Below are positions 1-7,523 of a DNA stretch of 64,000 bases, piece after piece (position 1 is the first letter of the stretch; the number at the start of each line of letters is the position of its first letter). The stretch lies in NCBI GenBank assembly GCA_943356775.1, contig CALRFU010000002.1:48524-112523 (forward strand). The letters run 5' to 3'. The position numbers were made by a program, and so were the translations under genes. The notes beneath the pieces were generated by a model. The model did no database searches. It was not told the origin of the DNA and worked only from the letters and a program-made list of their open reading frames with translations. This stretch comes from Candidatus Nomurabacteria bacterium (GTDB taxonomy: Bacteria; Patescibacteriota; Minisyncoccia; Phycocordibacterales; UBA2100).

Positions 1-765
1 TACCCCCCAAGAAAAAATGATGCGCCCCAATCGTGCACGTGTAACCCAAGTGTCAATGCCGAACGCAAGTAATGCAGCAACACAGAGCACAGCCCATACA
101 TCAAAGAAATTGGCTATAACCATAAATACGAGCGACAGTACAGATACGGCGTAGAAGAGGTACTTCCACAATCCATCCGCTGCAGTAGTAGTACGGATGG
201 CGAGAGCGAGTAGTACAAAAAGACCGAGAATGATTGCGAATTCATGCCAATTGCCGAAAGTATTTCCTGTTTGCAACGCAATGACACCGCCGAGACTCAG
301 ACTGGGGACCGCGAAGTGAAGGACTTCGGTTCCGAGGAGTAGGAAGGCGCCGACAAAAAAACCACGGAGGGCATTCACGCCATTGTTTTGGGCTCCTGAA
401 AAAATAAGTGCGCAGAGCGCAAGTGCCGCATACAGAATACATGCAAATGCGAGTGTGTCTTGCTCGACACCACTTCCTACGAGAGATATTTGTGCGGCCC
501 CGGAAAATGCGACGGAGCATACATACGCGAGTGGAATAAAAAGTCCGCCGACAAGAAGGGGGCTCGCTGGTACACGCACGCCCCCTTCAATAAACCGAGC
601 AGAAACCCAGGCTACCGCGGCGACCAAGAGAAGACACACGATGAGAATCATTTTTGCTTGTGCCATCGTTACCCATACGATGGGGATGAAGAAAACGGGA
701 AGCAACGAAATGAGGAGTGTCATGCTCCACTGCGCGATTTTGTCGAATAGACCGAAGTTCATCAT
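1..765 (-). CDS. polytopic membrane protein, 5' part only (runs off the left window edge); possibly O-antigen ligase/Wzy-like
   Basis: Hand translation of the minus strand from ATGATG at 760-765 gives over 250 codons with no stop (MMNFGLFDKIAQWSMTLLISLLPVFFIPIVW...) and many hydrophobic helices. Not in the ORF track, presumably because the stop lies outside the window. The product family is a guess. Confidence 0.45.
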   Translation of the reverse strand, partial: MMNFGLFDKIAQWSMTLLISLLPVFFIPIVWVTMAQAKMILIVCLLLVAAVAWVSARFIEGGVRVPASPLLVGGLFIPLAYVCSVAFSGAAQISLVGSGVEQDTLAFACILYAALALCALIFSGAQNNGVNALRGFFVGAFLLLGTEVLHFAVPSLSLGGVIALQTGNTFGNWHEFAIILGLFVLLALAIRTTTAADGLWKYLFYAVSVLSLVFMVIANFFDVWAVLCVAALLAFGIDTWVTRARLGRIIFSWGV

Positions 766-778
766 TGTCCGATGGTAT

Positions 779-810
779 CACAAATTACAAAACCCGCCGT
801 GAGGCGGGTT
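779..810 (-). terminator. rho-independent terminator downstream of rnpB
   Basis: Stem aacccgcc/ggcgggtt at 791-810. On the minus strand it is followed by UUUGUAAUUUGU. Confidence 0.5.
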
Positions 811-889
811 GTGCACTGCATCATATGGGGTACCGTATCGATTTGTTTGCTCGGAAGCAGAAAAGCGAAGCATTTCTGCTTCGCTCACT

Positions 890-1248
890 GCACTGCATCG
901 ATAAGCCGGATTCTGTCGAGGACAACCATGTATCTGGGATGAGTGTCGCCACTCACCTCAAGCGGCTCTCTCAGTCACGCCGCGCTGTATTCGTATTCCA
1001 AATACAATGCGGCGCGACCAAGCACGGCCTTGCACGCGGGTAGGATTTTTGCCGTTGCACCTTCATGTTTCCATGAAGCTACTCCTGATCGGAGCCCTAG
1101 CCTCTCGGCGTCGGCGTCTCTGTTCGCATCCCTAGGATTACCCCGGCGGGCGTTACCCGCTACCCTGCTCCACCTTTTTTGCAAAACGTGGGCGTGTCCG
1201 GACTTTCCTCTAGTAGCTTGCGCCACCAGCGGCTGCCTAATGCAGAAA
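890..1248 (-). ncRNA. rnpB: RNase P RNA, bacterial type A
   Basis: The minus strand carries GAGGAAAGUCCGGAC (P4 5' strand; plus 1197-1210). It also carries AGCAGGGUAGCGGGUAACGCCCGC (P8/P9 region, compare E. coli CAGGGUGCCAGGUAACGCCUGG). UGCGAACAGAGA matches the P10/11 region. Near the 3' end is ACAGAAUCCGGCUUAUCG (E. coli ACAGAACCCGGCUUAUCGG). The ends are approximate; P1 is taken as CUGCAU/AUGCAG. Confidence 0.8.
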
Positions 1249-1300
1249 CTAAATATATCATATTTGACGTAAAACTCAAATGATGGTATTAAAGTACCTG

Positions 1301-1342
1301 CTCAAAACGAAAGACTGCCGGTTGAAAAGCCTGCAGTCTTTC
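1301..1342 (-). terminator. rho-independent terminator of nrdJ
   Basis: On the minus strand: GAAAGACUGCAGG...CCGGCAGUCUUUC, a 10-bp stem, followed by GUUUUGAG. It sits immediately 3' of the nrdJ stop. Confidence 0.6.
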
Positions 1343-1354
1343 GTTTGTAACTCT

Positions 1355-3718
1355 CTAAATGATTTCGCACGTACCGCCCACACACGCCAATTCTTTTTTC
1401 AGGTCGGTCTCGTCGGTTCTCTCGTAGATGATAAGCTTGGAGTAATCAATCTTCGGGAAAGTCGCCGCGAGACGCTCATAGGTCTTCTTGTCGATGGATT
1501 CGTACGGAGCAAGACGGTACACATGATTCTCGCGCGGCAAGAATGACAAACCGCCGATAATATCCCAATTGTCGGAAATCCAGGCGACGACCGCTACCCA
1601 CTCTTCGTCCCCTACCGAAATCGTAGCCGAGGGATTGTGTTCGGTGTAATTGAGCTTCACCATTTTCCAATATTCGAGTTGCTGCATCGCGGTAAGGTCG
1701 TTCTTGAAGACGGAACCATGCGGTGCCTTGACTGGAAACTCCAAGACAAAGGTGGTCGCCTCGTTTGCATTCTGTCCGACCTCAGGATACGCGACGACGC
1801 CCTGGTCTCGCATCATCTTGAAGAGTGAGTCGGTCGCAGAGATGCGGACGCGGCGGATGTAATACTGGGAGTGACGGGGATGGATACCGGAAGAGCAGTC
1901 GAAGGTTTGTGACACGGTACCGGATGGCTTCACACAGGTAATCGATTTTGATGCGGGGATACCGAAACGCTTTGCGTACATATCGTTTGCCTTGATAGTC
2001 GCGGTGCGCATCTTGCGCATGACCTTGGCATCGCGAACCACCGGAGAATCCCACTGCCCCGTGATGGAGACACCGAGCAAACGCTCCGCCTCACAATTCT
2101 CCGTCCACTCCTTCGAGATGTAATTGAATTTTGTGAGTGTTGATTGGTAGGTGCCGAGCAATGTCGCAAGTCTCGCTTTGCGGAGCAGGGTCTTTTCTGT
2201 ATCTTCGGCACGGGCAATCACCTCGGAGAGGTTACAGAATTCTTTGGACTGCAAGATGATCTCGCCGCAGGGATTAGTGCCCACCTGACCGATGAACGCG
2301 TTTTTCTTGCTGTGCTTCTTCTGGAGGTACTTGAGGCGACGGTCCGGCATAGTTTTCTCGAGAGATCCACGGTTGAAAATACCGCGTTCACCCGTGCCAC
2401 TTTTCATGAGAGCCACCCATTCATCCATCAATTCCGCATTCGACGGCTTGGTCTCGTAGACCGCGGAGTTATTGGCGACGCTCCGGTACGGGTCCGTAAG
2501 GAAGAACTGACCTTTTTTGGCGTCGCGGATTTCCACGTCGTCGAGGTCGGAGAGGCTGATCATTGCGGTGCGACGCACGCCGCCCGCGACTACACACTCC
2601 CCTATTTTGCAGATGATGTCGTGCGCGTCGATATTGCGGAGACGACGACCCTGACGCTTCAAGATGCGCTCACGGGCAAATCCGAGCAACGAGCGAAGCG
2701 GCTCAGGGCCCGAGGCCTTACCGCCCATCGTCTTCAGGCGTGCACCGGCGGGGCGTATCATCGAGTAATCGAATTCGACGTCCTTGCCTCCGTACCATGC
2801 GCGGAGACCGAGCGTGAGCGCATCACACCAGCCTTCTTTGGTATCGGAAACGACATGGGTTGTGAGCTTCTCGCCTATTTGTTTTTCTATCTGAGGAAGC
2901 TGTTGAACGTTTTGGCTTTCTACCGCATAGCCTACGCCGCATCCCTGCATCGACAAATACATAATTTCGCCGAAGTCCTCGAGCTTAACGGGAGCCGTGT
3001 AGGAACAATTATAGAAGCAGGTGTTGCACTTCCGTGCGGGACCGCCTGCGAATTGCATCGCACGCATGCTCGGCATAACCTCTTGAGAAAGAATCGCCTC
3101 GCGCACTTCCGCGTACTCACGCTTTGTGAGTTTGTCGCCAATATTTTCTTTCATGAATCCGACGTATCTGTCGACGGTCTCAATCCATGTCTCGCGACGC
3201 TGTTCGCTTTCTATCCAACGCGCATACGTACGGAGATATATGAACTCGCCGAGCAGATTGTTTTTGAAATATTTCTTGGATTCTTCCGCGAGCTTCTTTA
3301 CGTGCTCGGGTACTTCGCCCTGCTCCTTGCGGATTTTGCTCCTTTCGGCCCGATACAAGATGTATGCCTTCGCCGTAGCCACGTAATCGCTCAAAATGAG
3401 CTGCCGTTCCACCTCATCTTGGCAGCCTTCGACTGTCGGGAGGAAGTTTTTGTAGGTTTTTGCTATGCGCATCATTTCGCCGGCGACTTTGTGTGCAACA
3501 ACAGCCGCCTCGTCCTCCGAACCTTCGTTGGATGCGGTCATCGACTTGTAAATCACATTCACGAGCTTCTGAAATTCAAACGGCACAACGCGTCCGTCTC
3601 GTTTCTGAATATTGGAAAGATATTTTTTGTACACGCGTATAGACGCAGTATCACCCGGAGGTACTACGGCGACTCTTTCTCTACCCACACTTCTGGCGGT
3701 CCTTGTTGTCATGCGCAT
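1355..3718 (-). CDS. nrdJ: adenosylcobalamin-dependent (class II) ribonucleotide reductase with N-terminal ATP-cone
   Basis: 787 aa. ATP-cone signature IQKRDGRVVPFEFQKL. The RNR active-site region includes TNPCGEI. The C-terminal redox pair is CVGGTCEII. Size and motifs match monomeric class II RNR. Confidence 0.85.
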   Translation of the reverse strand: MRMTTRTARSVGRERVAVVPPGDTASIRVYKKYLSNIQKRDGRVVPFEFQKLVNVIYKSMTASNEGSEDEAAVVAHKVAGEMMRIAKTYKNFLPTVEGCQDEVERQLILSDYVATAKAYILYRAERSKIRKEQGEVPEHVKKLAEESKKYFKNNLLGEFIYLRTYARWIESEQRRETWIETVDRYVGFMKENIGDKLTKREYAEVREAILSQEVMPSMRAMQFAGGPARKCNTCFYNCSYTAPVKLEDFGEIMYLSMQGCGVGYAVESQNVQQLPQIEKQIGEKLTTHVVSDTKEGWCDALTLGLRAWYGGKDVEFDYSMIRPAGARLKTMGGKASGPEPLRSLLGFARERILKRQGRRLRNIDAHDIICKIGECVVAGGVRRTAMISLSDLDDVEIRDAKKGQFFLTDPYRSVANNSAVYETKPSNAELMDEWVALMKSGTGERGIFNRGSLEKTMPDRRLKYLQKKHSKKNAFIGQVGTNPCGEIILQSKEFCNLSEVIARAEDTEKTLLRKARLATLLGTYQSTLTKFNYISKEWTENCEAERLLGVSITGQWDSPVVRDAKVMRKMRTATIKANDMYAKRFGIPASKSITCVKPSGTVSQTFDCSSGIHPRHSQYYIRRVRISATDSLFKMMRDQGVVAYPEVGQNANEATTFVLEFPVKAPHGSVFKNDLTAMQQLEYWKMVKLNYTEHNPSATISVGDEEWVAVVAWISDNWDIIGGLSFLPRENHVYRLAPYESIDKKTYERLAATFPKIDYSKLIIYERTDETDLKKELACVGGTCEII

Positions 3719-3820
3719 TTTCTCTACTCTGCTAAGATCCCCTCACTTGGAGATTCATTGTATCGCCGATGGAGTCCGACGCCAGCGATTCCAAAAGTGG
3801 ATAACTCCCCTTTCGAGGTC

Positions 3821-4306
3821 TTAGAGTCGCACAATATCTCCAAGAACGATACCGTGCGCTACCGCGTAGCCTGCGGGGAGCTCCAAGACGTATCGAGCGG
3901 ACTTTGCGGGCACAAAATCATGAGGGTAGGTGTCGGGAGAGACGTTTTGAGCCATATATACGATGCTGCCATTAGATGAGAGCCAGAGAATGTCGATGGA
4001 AAAACGCATATCCTTCATCCAAAACGCGTACTCTCCGTCTTTGGGGAACACAAAAAGCATTCCTTCATCGGCAGCAAGTCCTGGATGCCCACTCAGACCC
4101 TGCCGCCGGGTTTCTTCAGTGTCTGCAACTGATACATAGATGGCCTGCCCCTTAAGTTGCAGGGTCCGCCATTCCAGAGTTTGCTCGGGAGCAGTCACCT
4201 CAAGCGGAGGATAGAAAAGAGGGCCTCCTTGAACTACCAAAAGAAGAATCGCGATGAGGGCGATTACTGCGAAAACGCCCTTCTTCATATAAAAGGGCTT
4301 ACTCAC
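3821..4306 (-). CDS. DUF192-family protein with an N-terminal membrane anchor
   Basis: 161 aa with a TM helix, then ADTEETRRQGLSG...MLFVFP...FWMKDMRFSIDILWL, typical of DUF192 (COG1430). Confidence 0.6.
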   Translation of the reverse strand: MSKPFYMKKGVFAVIALIAILLLVVQGGPLFYPPLEVTAPEQTLEWRTLQLKGQAIYVSVADTEETRRQGLSGHPGLAADEGMLFVFPKDGEYAFWMKDMRFSIDILWLSSNGSIVYMAQNVSPDTYPHDFVPAKSARYVLELPAGYAVAHGIVLGDIVRL

Positions 4307-4781
4307 CCAAATGCAGCTCTGTTGTATCCCCTTGGACGTCGTAGTCGTAAGAATAAGGAGTGAGCGCTTGTGAACCGACCACGAGAATGAGCGCCATCGC
4401 TATAAAAGCGACCAGCCAGTAGAAAACATTGATGAGATAAAGCTTGAGTGGCCGTTGCTCCGATAAGACCATGCCGAGAGAAGTCGGCACAACGAAACCA
4501 AGCCAGCACCAGAGTGCGAGCTCAAATATTGCACCCACCCAATCAAAGATATGGAATGCGATGCCGACATAATTCATCACGTACGCGACGAGCATGCTCC
4601 CGCACAGGCTCAGGATAACAGAGAGCGGCATCATTTTCTTGCCTCGCTCGGCCATCTCAGGCGTCACATTCGCAAGTCGCATCCATGTGGTACCGAAAAC
4701 GCGCGGATGATACCAAATCCATCCGATGAGGATCGAGGAGACACCGGCAGCGAGGATTGGCCAAAGAGTAACAGCAACCAT
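4299..4781 (-). CDS. DUF1761-like integral membrane protein
   Basis: 160 aa with 4 predicted TM helices and a WYHPRVFGTTW motif. Overlaps the next gene by 8 nt, suggesting an operon. Confidence 0.5.
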   Translation of the reverse strand: MVAVTLWPILAAGVSSILIGWIWYHPRVFGTTWMRLANVTPEMAERGKKMMPLSVILSLCGSMLVAYVMNYVGIAFHIFDWVGAIFELALWCWLGFVVPTSLGMVLSEQRPLKLYLINVFYWLVAFIAMALILVVGSQALTPYSYDYDVQGDTTELHLGE

Positions 4782-4857
4782 ATAAGGATAATCATAGCCC
4801 GCGCAGAAAGCGTGTCTAGTTTGTGGTGTGTATAGAAAAACGAAAGCTTTTCATTAC

Positions 4858-5178
4858 TCAGTACAGTATCGCGCCGACAAATACGACGGTGTTGCAAACG
4901 AACCATAACGTATAGGTAACGACGATTGGCCACTCTTTGTGCGCGAGGCCATACAATATCCATGGAATATCGAGAAGAGCCCACATGAACCATGATTCAG
5001 GCGCGACTCCAGATGCGTCACGGCCACCGTAGATGAGAAGGATTTGCGGGATAGTCATTACCGGGCCGATAATTCCGACGCCGTAAACCATCTTGTCGAG
5101 CAATCGCTTCAAGGCCGTGCGGGCCGGATAAGGTTCAAGGTTTTTTGTTATTCGCTTGCGCAAATGAAGATGTCGCAT
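4858..5178 (-). CDS. SemiSWEET / PQ-loop family small transporter (3 TM)
   Basis: The 173-aa ORF is trimmed to the internal start MRHLHL (ATG at 5176-5178), giving 106 aa. There are three TM helices. TM1 carries the PQ motif (GPVMTIPQILLIY). The longer upstream extension overlaps the tRNA terminator and the repeat. Confidence 0.45.
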   Translation of the reverse strand: MRHLHLRKRITKNLEPYPARTALKRLLDKMVYGVGIIGPVMTIPQILLIYGGRDASGVAPESWFMWALLDIPWILYGLAHKEWPIVVTYTLWFVCNTVVFVGAILY

Positions 5179-5197
5179 TGTCGTACAGTATAAACTA

Positions 5198-5218
5198 TGC
5201 GGAGGGTGAGGGATTCGG
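5198..5218 (-). repeat. 21-bp direct repeat duplicating the 3' end of tRNA-Ser (possible att-site remnant)
   Basis: atgcggagggtgagggattcg at 5198-5218 is identical to 5337-5357. That stretch is the tRNA-Ser T-loop through acceptor 3' end plus 3 flanking nt. Confidence 0.6.
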
Positions 5219-5303
5219 TCACGGATAATTTTCTGTTGAAAATTTCCGCTACCCCGCCTCGTCTGCCTACGCAGACTCCGACCTTCGAATCCCGTCCTCC
5301 TGA

Positions 5304-5326
5304 CGCAAAAAGCGCCCAAGGGCGCC
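5304..5326 (-). terminator. terminator of tRNA-Ser
   Basis: Minus strand GGCGCCCUUGGGCGCU followed by UUUUUG, 14 nt after the tRNA 3' end. Confidence 0.5.
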
Positions 5327-5339
5327 TTTGCATCAGATG

Positions 5340-5424
5340 CGGAGGGTGAGGGATTCGAACCCTCGGTGCCTTTCGGCACACACGCTTTCCAAGCGTGCGC
5401 ACTAGACCACTATGCGAACCCTCC
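5340..5424 (-). tRNA. tRNA-Ser (anticodon GGA), class II with long variable arm
   Basis: Reverse complement reads GGAGGGT-TC-GCA-TAGTGGTCTAG-TGC-G-CACGC-TTGGAAA-GCGTG-TGTGCCGAAAGGCACC-GAGGG-TTCGAAT-CCCTC-ACCCTCC-G. The 7-bp acceptor stem, 3-bp D stem, U33 and A37 are all present. The anticodon is GGA. CCA is not encoded. An extended -10 (TGATATAAA) lies just upstream at about 5436-5444. Confidence 0.85.
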
Positions 5425-5509
5425 GTGCAAATGATTTATATCACGCCCCTGCTGCACTCGCACCTTTCCAAACACTATCGATGATTTAATCTTTTGAGAC
5501 TGGCTGATA

Positions 5510-6010
5510 TCAAGGCTTCTGCGTGGGCGTACGGTGACGACTCATTGCTTCACGAATACGTATCCGGCGCTCTCTGAGACGCGCCCGTTGAGCAACAAAC
5601 CGGGCGCGCAACCTGTGTTCAAATTCTTCTGCTTTGTGTGAAGCAAACCAGCCGATGGCCGCCAGCATTACGTTGATCGAGAGGACGAGACCGAATACGA
5701 GTACGAAATCTAATTCCGATACTCCTTGCACCAAAAGAAATGTCGGGATGAAACTCGCCATGCCGACGACGACATCCATAAAGCGGTTCTGTGGTGTCTC
5801 TTCAATTTTTACCATCGCTTCCCAGAGCTCGTAGGCCACAAAGAGCAGGAATGCAATAAGCGCTGATGCCTGAAAACCGAAACCAAGCCACGCGATTGCA
5901 AAAGCAGTAGAAGAACCTGAAAGAAAATGTACGACGCTCCAGAGGTCAACCCATTTCCCCTCCCGCCAGATATCGGTACGCTGAAACCTCCTGTCGGGCG
6001 TCAGGTGCAT
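5510..6010 (-). CDS. hypothetical membrane protein
   Basis: 166 aa with 3-4 TM segments and an Arg-rich C-terminal tail. No family recognised. Confidence 0.5.
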   Translation of the reverse strand: MHLTPDRRFQRTDIWREGKWVDLWSVVHFLSGSSTAFAIAWLGFGFQASALIAFLLFVAYELWEAMVKIEETPQNRFMDVVVGMASFIPTFLLVQGVSELDFVLVFGLVLSINVMLAAIGWFASHKAEEFEHRLRARFVAQRARLRERRIRIREAMSRHRTPTQKP

Positions 6011-6016
6011 AGCGGC

Positions 6017-6910
6017 CTATACACGCATTCCTTGCAGTGCGGAAATTCTTTCTTGCATGGGTGGATGCGTGCTGAAGAGCTTCGCAACGAATGCCCCCGC
6101 TTTCTGTGCTCCAAACGGATTCGAGATGAAAAGGTGCGCGGTCGCATTGCTCGCCCGCTGCATGGGAGCCGGATAGGAGGAGATTTTCTGGAGTGCGGAC
6201 GCAAGTCCGTCTGGATAGCGTGTGAGGAGTGCGCCGGATGCGTCGGCGAGGAATTCACGTTTGCGGGATATCGCGAGCTGGATGAGTTGGGCTGCGATAG
6301 GAGCAAGAATCATGGCTGCTATAACCGCGACCATCATAATCGGATTCTTGTTGTCTCTGTCTCTATCTCCGCCGAACATGCTCATGCGCAGTGCAATATC
6401 CGAAATGATGGCAAGGAAACCTACAAGTACGACGGCGACGGTCATGACGAGAATGTCGCGATTACCGACGTGCGAGAGCTCGTGCGCGAGAACTCCTTCA
6501 AGCTCCGAACGGTCCAGCGTCGCGAGGAGTCCTGTCGTCACCGCAATGACCGCATGCTTGGCATCGCGGCCGGATGCAAATGCGTTCGGCGCGGCATCAT
6601 TGATGATGTAGACGCGCGGCTTGGGGAGCCCCGCGGTGATGGCGAGATTCTCGATGATACGGTGCAATTCGATATATTCTTTTTCATCGGCGGGCTTGGC
6701 GCCGGCGGAAGCGATTGCCACTTTATCGGAGAACCAAAACGCACTCACATTCATGACAAGCGAAAATGCGACTGCGATGTAGAGAATCCCAGGATTGCCG
6801 TAATATTGCGACATGACAAATCCCACCCCCATGACGAGCGCAAGAAAGATACCCATGAGCATCCATGTGCGGAATACGTTTTTACCCTGCTGAGTGTAGA
6901 GTGATGCCAT
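6017..6910 (-). CDS. htpX: zinc metalloprotease HtpX (M48 family)
   Basis: 297 aa. HELSH zinc motif and multiple TM helices. Typical HtpX length, paired with the downstream lemA. Confidence 0.85.
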   Translation of the reverse strand: MASLYTQQGKNVFRTWMLMGIFLALVMGVGFVMSQYYGNPGILYIAVAFSLVMNVSAFWFSDKVAIASAGAKPADEKEYIELHRIIENLAITAGLPKPRVYIINDAAPNAFASGRDAKHAVIAVTTGLLATLDRSELEGVLAHELSHVGNRDILVMTVAVVLVGFLAIISDIALRMSMFGGDRDRDNKNPIMMVAVIAAMILAPIAAQLIQLAISRKREFLADASGALLTRYPDGLASALQKISSYPAPMQRASNATAHLFISNPFGAQKAGAFVAKLFSTHPPMQERISALQGMRV

Positions 6911-6934
6911 AAATCTGCGGCATGAACCGCGATG

Positions 6935-7504
6935 TTAGAAACTTACCTTCACCGGTTGACGCGCAGCTTCTTCACCTTCAGCAAGCTGGAAGAATTCGCG
7001 CGTCTTGAAGCCGAAGGCTTTGCCGATCATATTCGATGGGAATTGTTCTATAGCATTCTGGAGTTCCTGTACGACGGAATTGTAGAAACGACGTGCTGCT
7101 TGGATTTTGTTTTCGGTGTCGGATAGCTCACGTTGAAGCTCGACGAAATTTGAATTCGCCTTGAGGTCCGGATACGCTTCGGAGACAGCGAAGAGTGACT
7201 TGAGCGCGCCCGTGAGCATATTTTCCGCAGCAGCATGTTCGGCGACGGTCGAGGCGCCCATTGCCGCAGTGCGCGCGTCGGTGACTTTCTGCAGCGTGCC
7301 CGCTTCGTGGGCGGCATACCCTTTTACCGTCTCGACGAGATTCGGAATGAGGTCATAGCGCCTCTTGAGCTGCACATCGATATCGGACCACGCTTCTTCG
7401 GTACGATTGGTAAGTCTGACGAAATTATTGTAAGCCCAGACAAGCCATACGGCGGCAACTGCGACAACCCCCAATAGAATGTAGGTGATGTTCATATGTC
7501 GCAA
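6935..7504 (-). CDS. lemA: LemA family protein
   Basis: 189 aa. N-terminal TM, then a LemA-type sequence (KRRYDLIPNLVETVKGYAAHE...ARRFYN). Classic lemA-htpX pairing. Confidence 0.8.
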   Translation of the reverse strand: MRHMNITYILLGVVAVAAVWLVWAYNNFVRLTNRTEEAWSDIDVQLKRRYDLIPNLVETVKGYAAHEAGTLQKVTDARTAAMGASTVAEHAAAENMLTGALKSLFAVSEAYPDLKANSNFVELQRELSDTENKIQAARRFYNSVVQELQNAIEQFPSNMIGKAFGFKTREFFQLAEGEEAARQPVKVSF

Positions 7505-7523
7505 TTATATCATATGTGCCGAA

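Noticed and set aside
827-1174. Possible tmRNA (ssrA) on the plus strand: 5' GGGG, a G3-U70-type wobble with the 3' CTGCTCC-A-CC, and a T-run after it
   Set aside because: No canonical T-arm and no ALAA-like tag reading frame were found. The minus strand carries unmistakable RNase P RNA motifs (GGAAAGUCCGG, AGGGUAGCGGGUAACGCC, ACAGAAUCCGGCUUAUCG). The ...CTCCACC plus T-run is explained as part of rnpB.
3719-3820. Searched the nrdJ upstream region for a cobalamin riboswitch or NrdR boxes
   Set aside because: Only 100 nt are available, with no B12-box. Only a half-site-like AGATATTGTG is present and there is no second NrdR box. No claim is made.
5280-5300. TTCGAATCC stretch between the tRNA and its repeat, as a possible second tRNA
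   Set aside because: No flanking T-stem or acceptor complementarity could be found on either strand. It may be a remnant of the same ancient integration event.
4858-5379. Full 173-aa version of the SemiSWEET-like ORF
   Set aside because: The N-terminal 67 residues overlap the tRNA-Ser terminator and the duplicated tRNA 3'-end repeat, and they are hydrophilic low-complexity. The internal Met gives a 3-TM PQ-loop protein of the expected size.
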